Below, one piece after another: positions 39,947 to 48,820 of a stretch of 64,000 bases of DNA. The stretch lies in the NCBI GenBank assembly GCA_028715965.1, contig JAQUQS010000002.1, positions 13,368 through 77,367 on the forward strand, written 5' to 3'. The position numbers and the translations under genes are program-made. The first letter of the stretch is position 1. Every line of letters begins with the position of its first letter. The stretch comes from Candidatus Omnitrophota bacterium. GTDB lineage: Bacteria > Omnitrophota > Gorgyraeia > Tantalellales > Tantalellaceae. Under the pieces are notes generated by a model. The model was not told the DNA's origin, made no database searches, and saw only the letters and a program-made list of their open reading frames with translations.

Positions 39947-40639
39947 TCACTTTATCCCTACGTATTTATGCGCTTGTCCCAATATAAGGACCGGTGTCCC
40001 GGTCTCTTTTTTGATATACTCCTTGAAAAAGAACATCATCTCGTCGTCCGGACCCGGTGTCCCGGCGTCCGATGGGGTCACGGGCTGCAACACCACTTCG
40101 TACCCGGACGGCACCGACCTCAGAACCTCGGTCATTTTCTTTATATCATCCATGGTGGTCGTGTCAGTTATTACCGCCTTGACTATGACCTCTTTCGCCA
40201 AAGAGACACCAAGGAACTCCTTATGCGCTTTCCACGGCGACGACCCGCTGCCCGTGGATGAAGGAAGCTTCATATCCATCGATACTATGTCGATGTGGTC
40301 TATCACTGACTTCAGCTCTTCGGGCCTCATACCATTCGTTTCCAGATACACCTTGTGCTGCCTGTGTTTGCGGAACGCCGGCAGGAACTCCGAAAGAAAA
40401 GACGCGTACATGAGCGGCTCGCCACCCGTCAGGGACAGCTCGTTGTAATCATCGTCGAAATCAAGCACTTTGCATAGCAGCGTATCCCGGGTGAATGTCT
40501 TATAGCTCTCCTGCCGTGTATCACAGAACTTGCATCCGAGGTCACATCCGAAGAACCGGATGAAAAGCTGGCGGCTCCCCGTATACGGACCCTCTCCCTG
40601 ATAGGAAAGGAATATTTCGGATATCTTGGCTTCTTTCAC
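39947..40639 (-). CDS. queE: 7-carboxy-7-deazaguanine synthase (radical SAM)
   Basis: Radical-SAM Cys cluster CDLGCKFCDT near the N-terminus. Confidence 0.85.
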   Translation of the reverse strand: MKEAKISEIFLSYQGEGPYTGSRQLFIRFFGCDLGCKFCDTRQESYKTFTRDTLLCKVLDFDDDYNELSLTGGEPLMYASFLSEFLPAFRKHRQHKVYLETNGMRPEELKSVIDHIDIVSMDMKLPSSTGSGSSPWKAHKEFLGVSLAKEVIVKAVITDTTTMDDIKKMTEVLRSVPSGYEVVLQPVTPSDAGTPGPDDEMMFFFKEYIKKETGTPVLILGQAHKYVGIK

Positions 40640-40659
40640 AGCATAGCTCCTTTTTCAGG

Positions 40660-41346
40660 TCAAGTCCCGCTTACGGGGTCCTTGACCCCCATGTCCCGGA
40701 ACGCTTTCTCCCTGAACACACATGACTCGCACCTGCCGCAGGGTCGTTCCCCTCCGGCATAACATGACCATGTAAGTTCGAACGGCACCCCCAACCTGAT
40801 GCCTTCTTCCACGATCTCTTTTTTGGTCATATTTATAAGTGGCGCGACGATATTCACCGAACCACGCTCGACCCCGGCCTTAGTGCCTTTTTTCACCATC
40901 TCCCCGAAAGCGTCCAGAAATTCGCTCCTGCAATCAGGATAATTGGAAAAATCCATCTGGTGCGCGCCTATAAAAACAGCTTCAGCCCCTGCGGCTTCGG
41001 CGAACGATACACCGAAACTCAGGAATATCATGTTCCTCGCCGGCACATATGTCGCCGGTATCCTGCCGTCCGAACTAGCGCCGTCATCAGGCACGGCCAC
41101 GGCTTCGTCCAGGAGGGCACTGCCTTTCCACGGCATATCTATCTTGAGCACATGGTATTCTACCCCGGCTCTTTTCGCGAGTTCGCGCGCGAACGCGATC
41201 TCCCTGCGCGATTTCTGCCCGTAATCGAATATGAGCGCCTTACAATCATACTTCCGCATGGCTGAATACAACGCGACCGCGGAATCCATGCCGCCGGAAA
41301 TAAGCACTATAGCCCCGGCGCCCGGTGAGGAGCCCATGCCTAACAC
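40660..41346 (-). CDS. queC: 7-cyano-7-deazaguanine synthase
   Basis: PP-loop LISGGMDSAV and a C-terminal Zn-binding Cys cluster (CGRCESC). Confidence 0.9.
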   Translation of the reverse strand: MLGMGSSPGAGAIVLISGGMDSAVALYSAMRKYDCKALIFDYGQKSRREIAFARELAKRAGVEYHVLKIDMPWKGSALLDEAVAVPDDGASSDGRIPATYVPARNMIFLSFGVSFAEAAGAEAVFIGAHQMDFSNYPDCRSEFLDAFGEMVKKGTKAGVERGSVNIVAPLINMTKKEIVEEGIRLGVPFELTWSCYAGGERPCGRCESCVFREKAFRDMGVKDPVSGT

Positions 41347-41711
41347 GCTCCTTCCCTGTATATAGCGGCAGAGCTATCGGTCTCCCATACCACGACCTCG
41401 CCCACCTTGATGCCCGGCGTTTTTTCCACGATACGGTCGTGGATATACCTGGCGATGTTCTCCGATGTCGGGTTGGCCCTGGTAAAACCTTCCAGCTCGT
41501 TGAGATGTTTATGGTCCAGGCGGCCGATCACATCCGCGACCATGTCCTTCAGTTCCCTGAAATCCATGACCATACCTATCTCATCAAGCCCGTCCCTGCA
41601 CACGGTCACCTCAACGTGCCAGTTGTGGCCGTGCAGGTCCTCGCATTTCCCCTTATATCCCCTAAGGTTATGCGCGCTTGAGAATTGACCTTTCACCTTT
41701 ACACAATACAT
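41340..41711 (-). CDS. queD: 6-carboxy-5,6,7,8-tetrahydropterin synthase
   Basis: QueD/PTPS motifs (FSSAHNLRGY...CEDLHGHNW); start trimmed to MYCVKV. Confidence 0.85.
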   Translation of the reverse strand: MYCVKVKGQFSSAHNLRGYKGKCEDLHGHNWHVEVTVCRDGLDEIGMVMDFRELKDMVADVIGRLDHKHLNELEGFTRANPTSENIARYIHDRIVEKTPGIKVGEVVVWETDSSAAIYREGAC

Positions 41712-41741
41712 ATCCGCCTTCCACACAAAAAAACCTTATCG

Positions 41742-42281
41742 TCATTCGAAATACCTGGACGTCACTTCACGCCATTTTCCCTGCGCCTTGAGCAGGAACT
41801 CACAAAGCTCCCTTACCGCGCCGTGCCCGCCTTTTTTCGTCGTCACGATATCGCAGTATTTTTTCACGTCATCCATGGCGTTGTCAGGACAGACCGAAAG
41901 CCCTATCCTCCTGAGCACGGGGATATCTATCAGGTCATCCCCCATGAAACATATCTCTTCGTCGGACACGCCAAGATCGTCGCGGATCGGCCCGAGAGCG
42001 TTTATCTTGTAATGGATGTCCTTGTAGACCTTGTCCACTTTCAGCTGTTTCGCCCTTGCCAGGACAGCCGGGGACCCTTTAGCCGTAAGAAGCACACATT
42101 TAATGCCCGCCTTCTTTACCAGGAATATACCGAGTCCGTCGTTAACGTCGAAGTTCTTCAGCTCGACGCCGAAACTCCCGAAGATTATCCTGCCGTCGGT
42201 CATCACGCCATCGACGTCTAGGACCAGCAGCCTGATCTTCCCGGCCTTCTCTATAAGTTCGGGTGAATATTCAAATGCCAT
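41742..42281 (-). CDS. kdsC: 3-deoxy-D-manno-octulosonate 8-phosphate phosphatase (HAD)
   Basis: HAD motif I (LLVLDVDGVMTDG) and a KdsC-like body; start set at MAFEYSPELIEKAGKIRLL. Confidence 0.85.
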   Translation of the reverse strand: MAFEYSPELIEKAGKIRLLVLDVDGVMTDGRIIFGSFGVELKNFDVNDGLGIFLVKKAGIKCVLLTAKGSPAVLARAKQLKVDKVYKDIHYKINALGPIRDDLGVSDEEICFMGDDLIDIPVLRRIGLSVCPDNAMDDVKKYCDIVTTKKGGHGAVRELCEFLLKAQGKWREVTSRYFE

Positions 42282-42300
42282 ACGATCGTTCCTTTCAGGT

Positions 42301-43260
42301 TCAAACAAGACCGGCTTTGAGCACATCCTGCACATCAAGGACACCGACAGGACGGCCCTTGCCGTCTACGACCGGGATCTCATCGATCTTCCTGTCACGG
42401 AGTATCTCAAAAGCTTCCGCGGCGAGGTGTTCCGGGCCTATGGTTATCGGAGAAGCCGTCATGACCTCCCCTACCGTCCTTGTAAGAAGTTCCTTGCCTT
42501 CCTCAAAATGCCGCCGGAGATCACCATCGGTGAATATACCGATCAATTTGCCTTTTCCATCCACTATGCTCGCGGACCCCGCCCGGAGCTTTGTGATCTT
42601 GAGAAGGACCTCTTTTACCGGCACGTTCTTCCGGACTATGGGCGTATCTTTTTTAGGTCGCATTATGTCCCCCACACGGAGAAGCAGCCTCTTGCCCAAA
42701 GCCCCGCCTGGGTGGAAAAGAGCGAAATCCGCCGGACGGAATTTCTTTTTTTCAAGGAGCGCCACCGCCAGCGCGTCGCCCAGGGCCAACATGACCGTAG
42801 TGGATGTCGTAGGCGCCAGTCCCATAGGACAGGCCTCCTTATCCACCCGGCTGTCAAGCACATGGTCACTTTCCCTGGCCAGGGTCGACTTCCTGTTTCC
42901 GGTCACGGCCACAAGTTTAGCGCCGATCTTCCTGATTATCGGGATGAGCTTTACCACCTCTTCCGTTTCCCCACTGTTGGAAAAAGCGATTATCACGTCC
43001 TCTCGCGTGACCCTCCCGAGATCCCCGTGGAGCGCCTCGGCCGGATGTAGATACAACGACGGGGTACCGGTAGACGACATGGTAGCCGATATCTTCTGCG
43101 CTATGAACCCGGGCTTGCCCATACCGGTTATTATCACGCGTCCCTTCGTGCTGACAAGAAGTTTGATCACCTTTCCGAAACTTCCGTCTATCCTTCCGAC
43201 GAGAGCGGCGATCGCCTTACTCTCCATGTCCAGGACCTTTTTCGCGGTTGAAATGCTCAT
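42301..43260 (-). CDS. kdsD: arabinose-5-phosphate isomerase (SIS + tandem CBS)
   Basis: SIS domain (GRVIITGMGK) followed by two CBS domains. Confidence 0.9.
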   Translation of the reverse strand: MSISTAKKVLDMESKAIAALVGRIDGSFGKVIKLLVSTKGRVIITGMGKPGFIAQKISATMSSTGTPSLYLHPAEALHGDLGRVTREDVIIAFSNSGETEEVVKLIPIIRKIGAKLVAVTGNRKSTLARESDHVLDSRVDKEACPMGLAPTTSTTVMLALGDALAVALLEKKKFRPADFALFHPGGALGKRLLLRVGDIMRPKKDTPIVRKNVPVKEVLLKITKLRAGSASIVDGKGKLIGIFTDGDLRRHFEEGKELLTRTVGEVMTASPITIGPEHLAAEAFEILRDRKIDEIPVVDGKGRPVGVLDVQDVLKAGLV

Positions 43261-44093
43261 ATACCTTTTACCGCCCTTTCGATCTTTTTCATTTCCTTTA
43301 AATATCCGTCCAACGCCCCGATGTTAAGCATATTGGGACCGTCACTGAGCGCCTTTGCCGGAGACTCATGCACTTCGACGAACAAAGCGTCACACCCTAC
43401 GGCTACAGCGGCTCTTGACAAAGGGAACACGTAACTGGAGTCCCCGCCGCTTGATGTGCCTTTGCCTCCGGGCATCTGGACCGAATGTGTCGCGTCATAC
43501 GCCACGGGATAACCCGTCCGGCGCATTATGACCAGCGACCTGAAATCATTCACAAGCATGTTATACCCGAACGAAGTCCCCCTCTCGGTCAGGATAAGGT
43601 CCTTGTTCCCGGTGGATATCACTTTTGCCACTATATTGGATACTTCGGCCGGCGACATGAATTGGCCTTTTTTCACATTCACGGGTCTTCCCGTAGCCGC
43701 CGCTTTTACCAGGATATCCGTCTGTCGGCACAAGAATGCCGGTATCTGCAACACGTCCAGCACTTCCGCCGCGGCTACCGCCTCATCAGCGCTGTGCACA
43801 TCGCTAAGTACCGGGACACCCGTTTCCTTTTTTACTTTCTCGAGCATGCGCAGGCCTTTTTCTATCCCCGGGCCTCGATAGGACGACACGGAGCTCCTGT
43901 TGGCCTTGTCATAACTTGCCTTAAAGATGAAAGGGATGCCATTCTTGTCGGCTATGCGTTTTATCTTTTCCGCGTGCCTCATTACGCTGGAACCGGACTC
44001 GATAACACATGGACCGGCTATCAGGACGATAGGGTTCCCGCCACCTATTTTTATTTTACCGACCTTAACGGTCCTCGATGTTCTCCCGGCCAT
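43257..44093 (-). CDS. kdsA: 2-dehydro-3-deoxyphosphooctonate aldolase (KDO8P synthase)
   Basis: LIAGPCVIES and KASYDKANRSS motifs; start set at MAGRT. Confidence 0.9.
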   Translation of the reverse strand: MAGRTSRTVKVGKIKIGGGNPIVLIAGPCVIESGSSVMRHAEKIKRIADKNGIPFIFKASYDKANRSSVSSYRGPGIEKGLRMLEKVKKETGVPVLSDVHSADEAVAAAEVLDVLQIPAFLCRQTDILVKAAATGRPVNVKKGQFMSPAEVSNIVAKVISTGNKDLILTERGTSFGYNMLVNDFRSLVIMRRTGYPVAYDATHSVQMPGGKGTSSGGDSSYVFPLSRAAVAVGCDALFVEVHESPAKALSDGPNMLNIGALDGYLKEMKKIERAVKGI

Positions 44094-44094
44094 T

Positions 44095-44898
44095 TTAATA
44101 CCCCTCTTGTGTGCCCGTATCTTCCGGTGTTCCATATGTCCCGGCGGCCACCAGTTCCCTTACTTTTAAAAGATCTTCTTCCGTATCCACGCCTATCGTA
44201 TCATACCTTGTCTCGACTGTCTTTATCTTATATCCGTGTTCGAGCACCCTGAGCTGCTCAAGTTTTTCATCCTGTTCAAGCATGGATTTAGGCAGATTCG
44301 TGAACGCGAGAAGGAATTCCCTGGTATAGGAATACATGCCTATATGCTTGAAGTACATCCCGTTCACGGTTTCCGGCGCGCGCTCCTCTTCCGGCCGGAC
44401 GATGTCCCTGCGCACATAAGGTATCGGGCTCCTGGAAAAATACAGGGCGTAACCTTTCCTGTCGACCACGCACTTGACCACATTCGGGTCTTTCACCTCT
44501 TCTTCCCGCGTTATCCTTTTTATAAGCGTGGCCATCTGCACATTGGGTTCGTATTCGAACACCCTGGCAAGCTCATCTATCATGCTGGGGTGGACCAGCG
44601 GTTCATCCGCCTGGATGTTTATATACACGTCCGCGTCAACACTTCCAGCTATCTCCGCGATACGGTCCGTACCCGAAGCGTGGTCCGGCGACGTGTACAT
44701 GGCCCGTCCCCCGAAAGATTCCACCGCTTTGAACACTTTTTCCCTGTCCACGGCAACTATCACTTCATCGACCAGCTCCGCGTTCTTAGCCCTTTCCCAC
44801 ACATGTTGCAACATAGGTTTGCCGTCAATATCAGCGAGCACCTTCCCCTTTAGACGCGAAGAATGCCACCTGGCCGGGACAACCGCTACTACCTTCAT
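44095..44898 (-). CDS. kdsB: 3-deoxy-manno-octulosonate cytidylyltransferase (CMP-Kdo synthetase)
   Basis: VVAVVPARWHSSRLKGK N-terminus. Confidence 0.9.
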   Translation of the reverse strand: MKVVAVVPARWHSSRLKGKVLADIDGKPMLQHVWERAKNAELVDEVIVAVDREKVFKAVESFGGRAMYTSPDHASGTDRIAEIAGSVDADVYINIQADEPLVHPSMIDELARVFEYEPNVQMATLIKRITREEEVKDPNVVKCVVDRKGYALYFSRSPIPYVRRDIVRPEEERAPETVNGMYFKHIGMYSYTREFLLAFTNLPKSMLEQDEKLEQLRVLEHGYKIKTVETRYDTIGVDTEEDLLKVRELVAAGTYGTPEDTGTQEGY

Positions 44899-45902
44899 AC
44901 ACGGACCCTTTCTATCTCTAATTTAAGACGCGAAAGCAGCTCCTCTTCGGAAACAACGGCTACGCCTATCTTGCCCACGACTATACCCGCGGCACAATTG
45001 GCGATATGCGCGGCTATCTCGGGCGAGCCACCACTCACTACTCCCAGGGTATACACACCTATCACGGTATCCCCCGCGCCGGAAACATCAAAGACCTCCT
45101 GCGCGACCGTGGGTATCCTGTGCGGCTTCCTACCCTGCTCGAAGACCATCATGCCTTCCTCCCCGAGGGTAAGCAATATCACCTTGGCCTTGAGTTTTTC
45201 CAGCATCCTGGCGCCAGCCTTCATTTTCGTGTTCTCATCGGAAACGGAGAACCCTACCGCCTTAGCCGCCTCATGATGGTTCGGGGTTATGGCATCGACG
45301 CCTTTATAATACGCGAAATGGCTTTCCTTGGGATCCACGGTGACTATTTTCCCGCTTTTTTTCGCCAGGGGAACGACTTTCTTCAGGAGGGACGGGGTTA
45401 TGAGCCCTTTGCCGTAATCCTCTATGATCACACCGTCATACCGGTCTATGTTACGCTTGATGTAATCATATACCTTTTCCATGTATTTGTGGGAGATAAC
45501 ATCGACGTTCTCACGGTCTATCCTGACCACCTGCTGATGATGCGCTATCACCCGCGTCTTCAGGATAGTAGGTCTTTCCGGGTCTATCACGACACCGTCC
45601 GTGTTTATGCTCCTCTCCTCGAGTTGTTGCTTCAGGACCTTGCCGTTGATGTCATCGCCGACCACACCCACGACCGACACCTTGGCTCCCAGCTTGGCGA
45701 TATTATTAGCCACATTACAGGCCCCTCCGGGCATGAACCCTTCGTTCCTTACCCAGACCACAGGCACAGGAGCTTCGGGAGATATCCTCGAGACCTGTCC
45801 CCATATGAACTGGTCCAGCAGAAGATCCCCAAGGACCAGTATCTTCCTATCCTTGAACCTGTTAACTATCTTGGCTAAAGCGGAGAACTTATAATGCTTC
45901 AC
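44895..45902 (-). CDS. D-glycero-beta-D-manno-heptose-7-phosphate kinase (RfaE/HldE domain I only, PfkB family)
   Basis: ILVLGDLLLDQFIWG N-terminus and a PfkB C-terminal motif. At 335 aa it has no adenylyltransferase domain. GTG start after AGGAGGGA. Confidence 0.8.
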   Translation of the reverse strand: MKHYKFSALAKIVNRFKDRKILVLGDLLLDQFIWGQVSRISPEAPVPVVWVRNEGFMPGGACNVANNIAKLGAKVSVVGVVGDDINGKVLKQQLEERSINTDGVVIDPERPTILKTRVIAHHQQVVRIDRENVDVISHKYMEKVYDYIKRNIDRYDGVIIEDYGKGLITPSLLKKVVPLAKKSGKIVTVDPKESHFAYYKGVDAITPNHHEAAKAVGFSVSDENTKMKAGARMLEKLKAKVILLTLGEEGMMVFEQGRKPHRIPTVAQEVFDVSGAGDTVIGVYTLGVVSGGSPEIAAHIANCAAGIVVGKIGVAVVSEEELLSRLKLEIERVRV

Positions 45903-45956
45903 GTATACGTCCCTCCTGACCAGTTACTATAAGATTATTATATATCATGAGCGGTT

Positions 45957-45986
45957 ATTTTAGCATGTACCCGTAAGACCTGTCAA
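45957..45986 (-). promoter_or_regulatory. putative sigma70 promoter (extended -10) for the Kdo/heptose/lipid A operon
   Basis: Minus strand reads TTGACA-N18-TGCTAAAAT, followed by an AGGAGGGA RBS and the GTG start of the kinase gene. Confidence 0.5.
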
Positions 45987-46098
45987 TTCACCTATATCCG
46001 GGTCCGGTAGGGGGCCTCCGGCAGGAGAAAGCCCGCCCTGCGCTTGTGTCCCTACGGAACGGCACAGAACGGGCTTTGAAGCTTTCAACCTGTATGTA

Positions 46099-46428
46099 TC
46101 ATAAATGGGCGGTTATCTTGGACTCCAGGGAACTCTTGGGAACGGACCCTATCACTTTGTCCACCACGTTGCCTCCCTTGAATATCATTATGGTCGGGAT
46201 GTTCATTACACCGTAAGTCGTAGCTGTCTGGGCGCCTTCCTCCACGTTCAGTTTGCACACTTTGAGCTTTCCGGAATATTCCTCCGCGAGCTCTCCGATC
46301 ACCGGAGCGATCATACGGCACGGCCCGCACCATTCGGCCCAGAAATCCACGAGTACCGGAAGCTCCGAGCTAAGCACCTCTTCCTTGAAATTTGAATCAT
46401 TCACATTGATCTCGTGTGTGTTGGACAT
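46099..46428 (-). CDS. trxA: thioredoxin
   Basis: WCGPC active site; start at MSNTHE, preceded by AAGGAGAT. Confidence 0.9.
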   Translation of the reverse strand: MSNTHEINVNDSNFKEEVLSSELPVLVDFWAEWCGPCRMIAPVIGELAEEYSGKLKVCKLNVEEGAQTATTYGVMNIPTIMIFKGGNVVDKVIGSVPKSSLESKITAHL

Positions 46429-46466
46429 GGCATCTCCTTTTCTTTCTTTTTCCATAAAATATGATC

Positions 46467-46495
46467 TCATTATAGCGCGATAACAGAAGCTTTGC
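46467..46495 (-). promoter_or_regulatory. putative sigma70 promoter for trxA
   Basis: Minus strand reads TTGCAA-N17-TATAAT, 35 nt upstream of the trxA start. Confidence 0.55.
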
Positions 46496-46520
46496 AAACC
46501 CGGCCGCGCGACGCCTTATG

Positions 46521-47552
46521 TCAAACGCCCAGAACCTTGCTGACGGAGCTCATCACCTCGTCCACGGTAACAGCTTTTATACACGCGAAATCGCGTTCGC
46601 ACTCATGCGCCAGACATCGCTCGCAGCCAACATCTTTATGCAGGACCGTATCCCCGGCCCCGACCGGCCCCCATCTTCGCGGGGATAATCCCGCGTCTTT
46701 GCGCCCGAATACGGCGATGACCGGAGTGCCTACGGCGACCGCCACGTGGACCGGACCGGAATCGTTCGAGATAAGCAGGCGGCACCTGGACAGGAATTCC
46801 GCGAATTCACCCAGCAGCAATCCGCCGGTAAGGTCCACCGGTTCCTCTTTCATCAAGGACACCACTGAACTCGACATCCCCTCGGACTCATTCCCTCCCA
46901 CGAATATCACACGCGCCCCGAATTCTTTACTTATCCTGTCCGCCACTTCGGCGAACCTGCCGGTAGGCCATCTTTTAGACCTGCAACTCGCCCCGACATG
47001 CATAGCAACCAGCTCTCCCGTCAATCCGTTATCTTTGATAACGGCATCGACCATTTTTTTGTCAGCGTCGGATGTGCTCATGTAAGGCATTCTGTCATAA
47101 AGCGTTACATCAACGCCAGCCAGCGCCAAAAGATCGAAATTATAGTCTATCTCGTGTTTGGCGCCTTCCTGCTTGATATGTGGCGCCCTCTTTGTCAAAA
47201 GGAACGGAAGTCTTTTGTCATATCCAACACGTTCCGGTATCCCTGCCAGGAACGCCACGATATGAGAACGGTTGGTCGGGTGCAGTATTATGGCCGTATC
47301 AAATCTTTTCTTTCTCAGTTCCCACGCGAAAAGCACCGTGCCCACGAACCCTTTCTGGGCTCCTTCCTTGTCATATATTATCACCTCATTGATATCGGGG
47401 TTATCCTCCACTATGTCCCGGTTCCCGGGCTTTACCATGAACGCGATATACGCGTCGGGGTAAAGTTTCCTTAAATGCCGCGCCACAGGAGTGGAAAGCA
47501 CCACATCCCCCAGTCTGTCCGTGCGTGTGACAAGTATACGTTCCATGGTCAT
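46521..47552 (-). CDS. ADP-heptose:LPS heptosyltransferase (GT9)
   Basis: GT9 N-terminus (ILVTRTDRLGDVVLSTPVARHL) and C-terminal GT-B motifs. Confidence 0.8.
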   Translation of the reverse strand: MTMERILVTRTDRLGDVVLSTPVARHLRKLYPDAYIAFMVKPGNRDIVEDNPDINEVIIYDKEGAQKGFVGTVLFAWELRKKRFDTAIILHPTNRSHIVAFLAGIPERVGYDKRLPFLLTKRAPHIKQEGAKHEIDYNFDLLALAGVDVTLYDRMPYMSTSDADKKMVDAVIKDNGLTGELVAMHVGASCRSKRWPTGRFAEVADRISKEFGARVIFVGGNESEGMSSSVVSLMKEEPVDLTGGLLLGEFAEFLSRCRLLISNDSGPVHVAVAVGTPVIAVFGRKDAGLSPRRWGPVGAGDTVLHKDVGCERCLAHECERDFACIKAVTVDEVMSSVSKVLGV

Positions 47553-47938
47553 AACCTTATTCCTGACCTGTTCTCTTTTGTCCTCTCGCCTTTTTCCCCG
47601 CCCGCAGGCCCGAACGCCAGGTAAAAAGCCGCGCCTAAAAGCCCTATGTCCCTTGTTTCCTGGAAACCCAGAAGTATCAATATAGCCACGAGCTGAAGTC
47701 CCGCAAGAACGGCGAATAACCTGGTCAAGGTCCCGAGGATAAGGGCCGCTCCCGTGATCAATTCCATGAACCCTATCACGAGGACCGAAACGCTCACATC
47801 CCAGGGCATCGAGATAAAAGGTTCCATGGTCCTTATCGTCCGGGCCCAGTGATCATCCTGGAACTTGCCTATGCCGAACACAAGAAAGACCACTCCAAGG
47901 GATATCCTCAATATAAGGTATGGGATACGCTCCCTCAT
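47549..47938 (-). CDS. DoxX-family membrane protein
   Basis: Small multi-TM protein with the DoxX pattern (LRISLGVVFLVFGIGKF); ATGA coupling on both sides. Confidence 0.7.
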   Translation of the reverse strand: MRERIPYLILRISLGVVFLVFGIGKFQDDHWARTIRTMEPFISMPWDVSVSVLVIGFMELITGAALILGTLTRLFAVLAGLQLVAILILLGFQETRDIGLLGAAFYLAFGPAGGEKGERTKENRSGIRL

Positions 47939-48276
47939 ATCCTTATCTGCCCCTTCTTTTCCCCGTAACGGTTGCAAAAAGCCTCTATATCGATAGTGCT
48001 CCCCTTCTCCACCCCGGGAACATTTAAGAACACTTGCTGTTCCATATCATCCGTCTGTTCGTCATATTCCTTATCTATCAACCTTTTCCCGTCCACGTCC
48101 ACTGTCACACGATAGATAAAATGCGACTTCGGGGCCTCGACAGGATGAATGATATCCAGCTTGAGTTCTTTAGCCGCGTCGTCATACTCCGCGTCTATCC
48201 GGGAGGGAGGATGGGCCAGGACAAAAAAGGGACACAGGAACACCGACAAGCATATTAACACCGCTATCTTTCCCAT
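47935..48276 (-). CDS. small secreted hypothetical protein
   Basis: Signal peptide MGKIAVLICLSVFLCPFFVLA, 113 aa; translationally coupled to the DoxX gene. Confidence 0.55.
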   Translation of the reverse strand: MGKIAVLICLSVFLCPFFVLAHPPSRIDAEYDDAAKELKLDIIHPVEAPKSHFIYRVTVDVDGKRLIDKEYDEQTDDMEQQVFLNVPGVEKGSTIDIEAFCNRYGEKKGQIRI

Positions 48277-48295
48277 ATACTGTCCTCCATTCTTC

Positions 48296-48820
48296 TTATC
48301 GAGCCGGGTTCATCCCTCTACCAGACGTTATCTCGCTATATATCTTACGGTAAATATCAAGATCCCCTGATGAAAAACACACGTACACTATTTCATCAAG
48401 ATCGTCCTTGTGTTTCAGGCCCTCCTCAAGGGCTATCCTCGCCGCGGCCTCGACCGGGTATCTGTAGACACCGGTGCTTATCGCGGGAAAAGCGATGGAC
48501 CTTAGAGAATGTTCGGCGGCCAGCCGGAAACTGGCGGCATAACAGCTCCTGAGAAGCTCAGCCTCGCCGCTCTTTCCTCCATGCCATACCGGACCGGGCG
48601 TATGTATTATTTTTTTAGCCTTCAGCCTGCCCGCGCCCGTTATCACGGCCTCTCCCGTACGGCATCCACCTATCCGGCGGCATTCTTCCATGACCGAAGA
48701 CCCGGCCGCGCGATGTATTGCCCCATCGACGCCGCCTCCTCCTTTAAGGCCGGTATTCGCGGCGTTAACGATAACGTCGACCTCTTCCTGTGTTATGTCA
48801 CCGTGTTTTATGGTGATCAT
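48296..48820 (-). CDS. macro-domain protein (ADP-ribose / O-acetyl-ADP-ribose binding or hydrolase)
   Basis: Macro-domain motifs VIVNAAN...GGGGVDGAIHRAAG; start ATG overlaps the upstream GT9 stop as ATGA. Confidence 0.8.
   Translation of the reverse strand: MITIKHGDITQEEVDVIVNAANTGLKGGGGVDGAIHRAAGSSVMEECRRIGGCRTGEAVITGAGRLKAKKIIHTPGPVWHGGKSGEAELLRSCYAASFRLAAEHSLRSIAFPAISTGVYRYPVEAAARIALEEGLKHKDDLDEIVYVCFSSGDLDIYRKIYSEITSGRGMNPAR

Noticed and set aside
45903-46098. tRNA or other small RNA gene in the largest intergenic spacer
   Set aside because: No cloverleaf-compatible arrangement and no T-loop GTTCRANYC motif with the proper arms. I kept it only as an unexplained GC-rich structured element.
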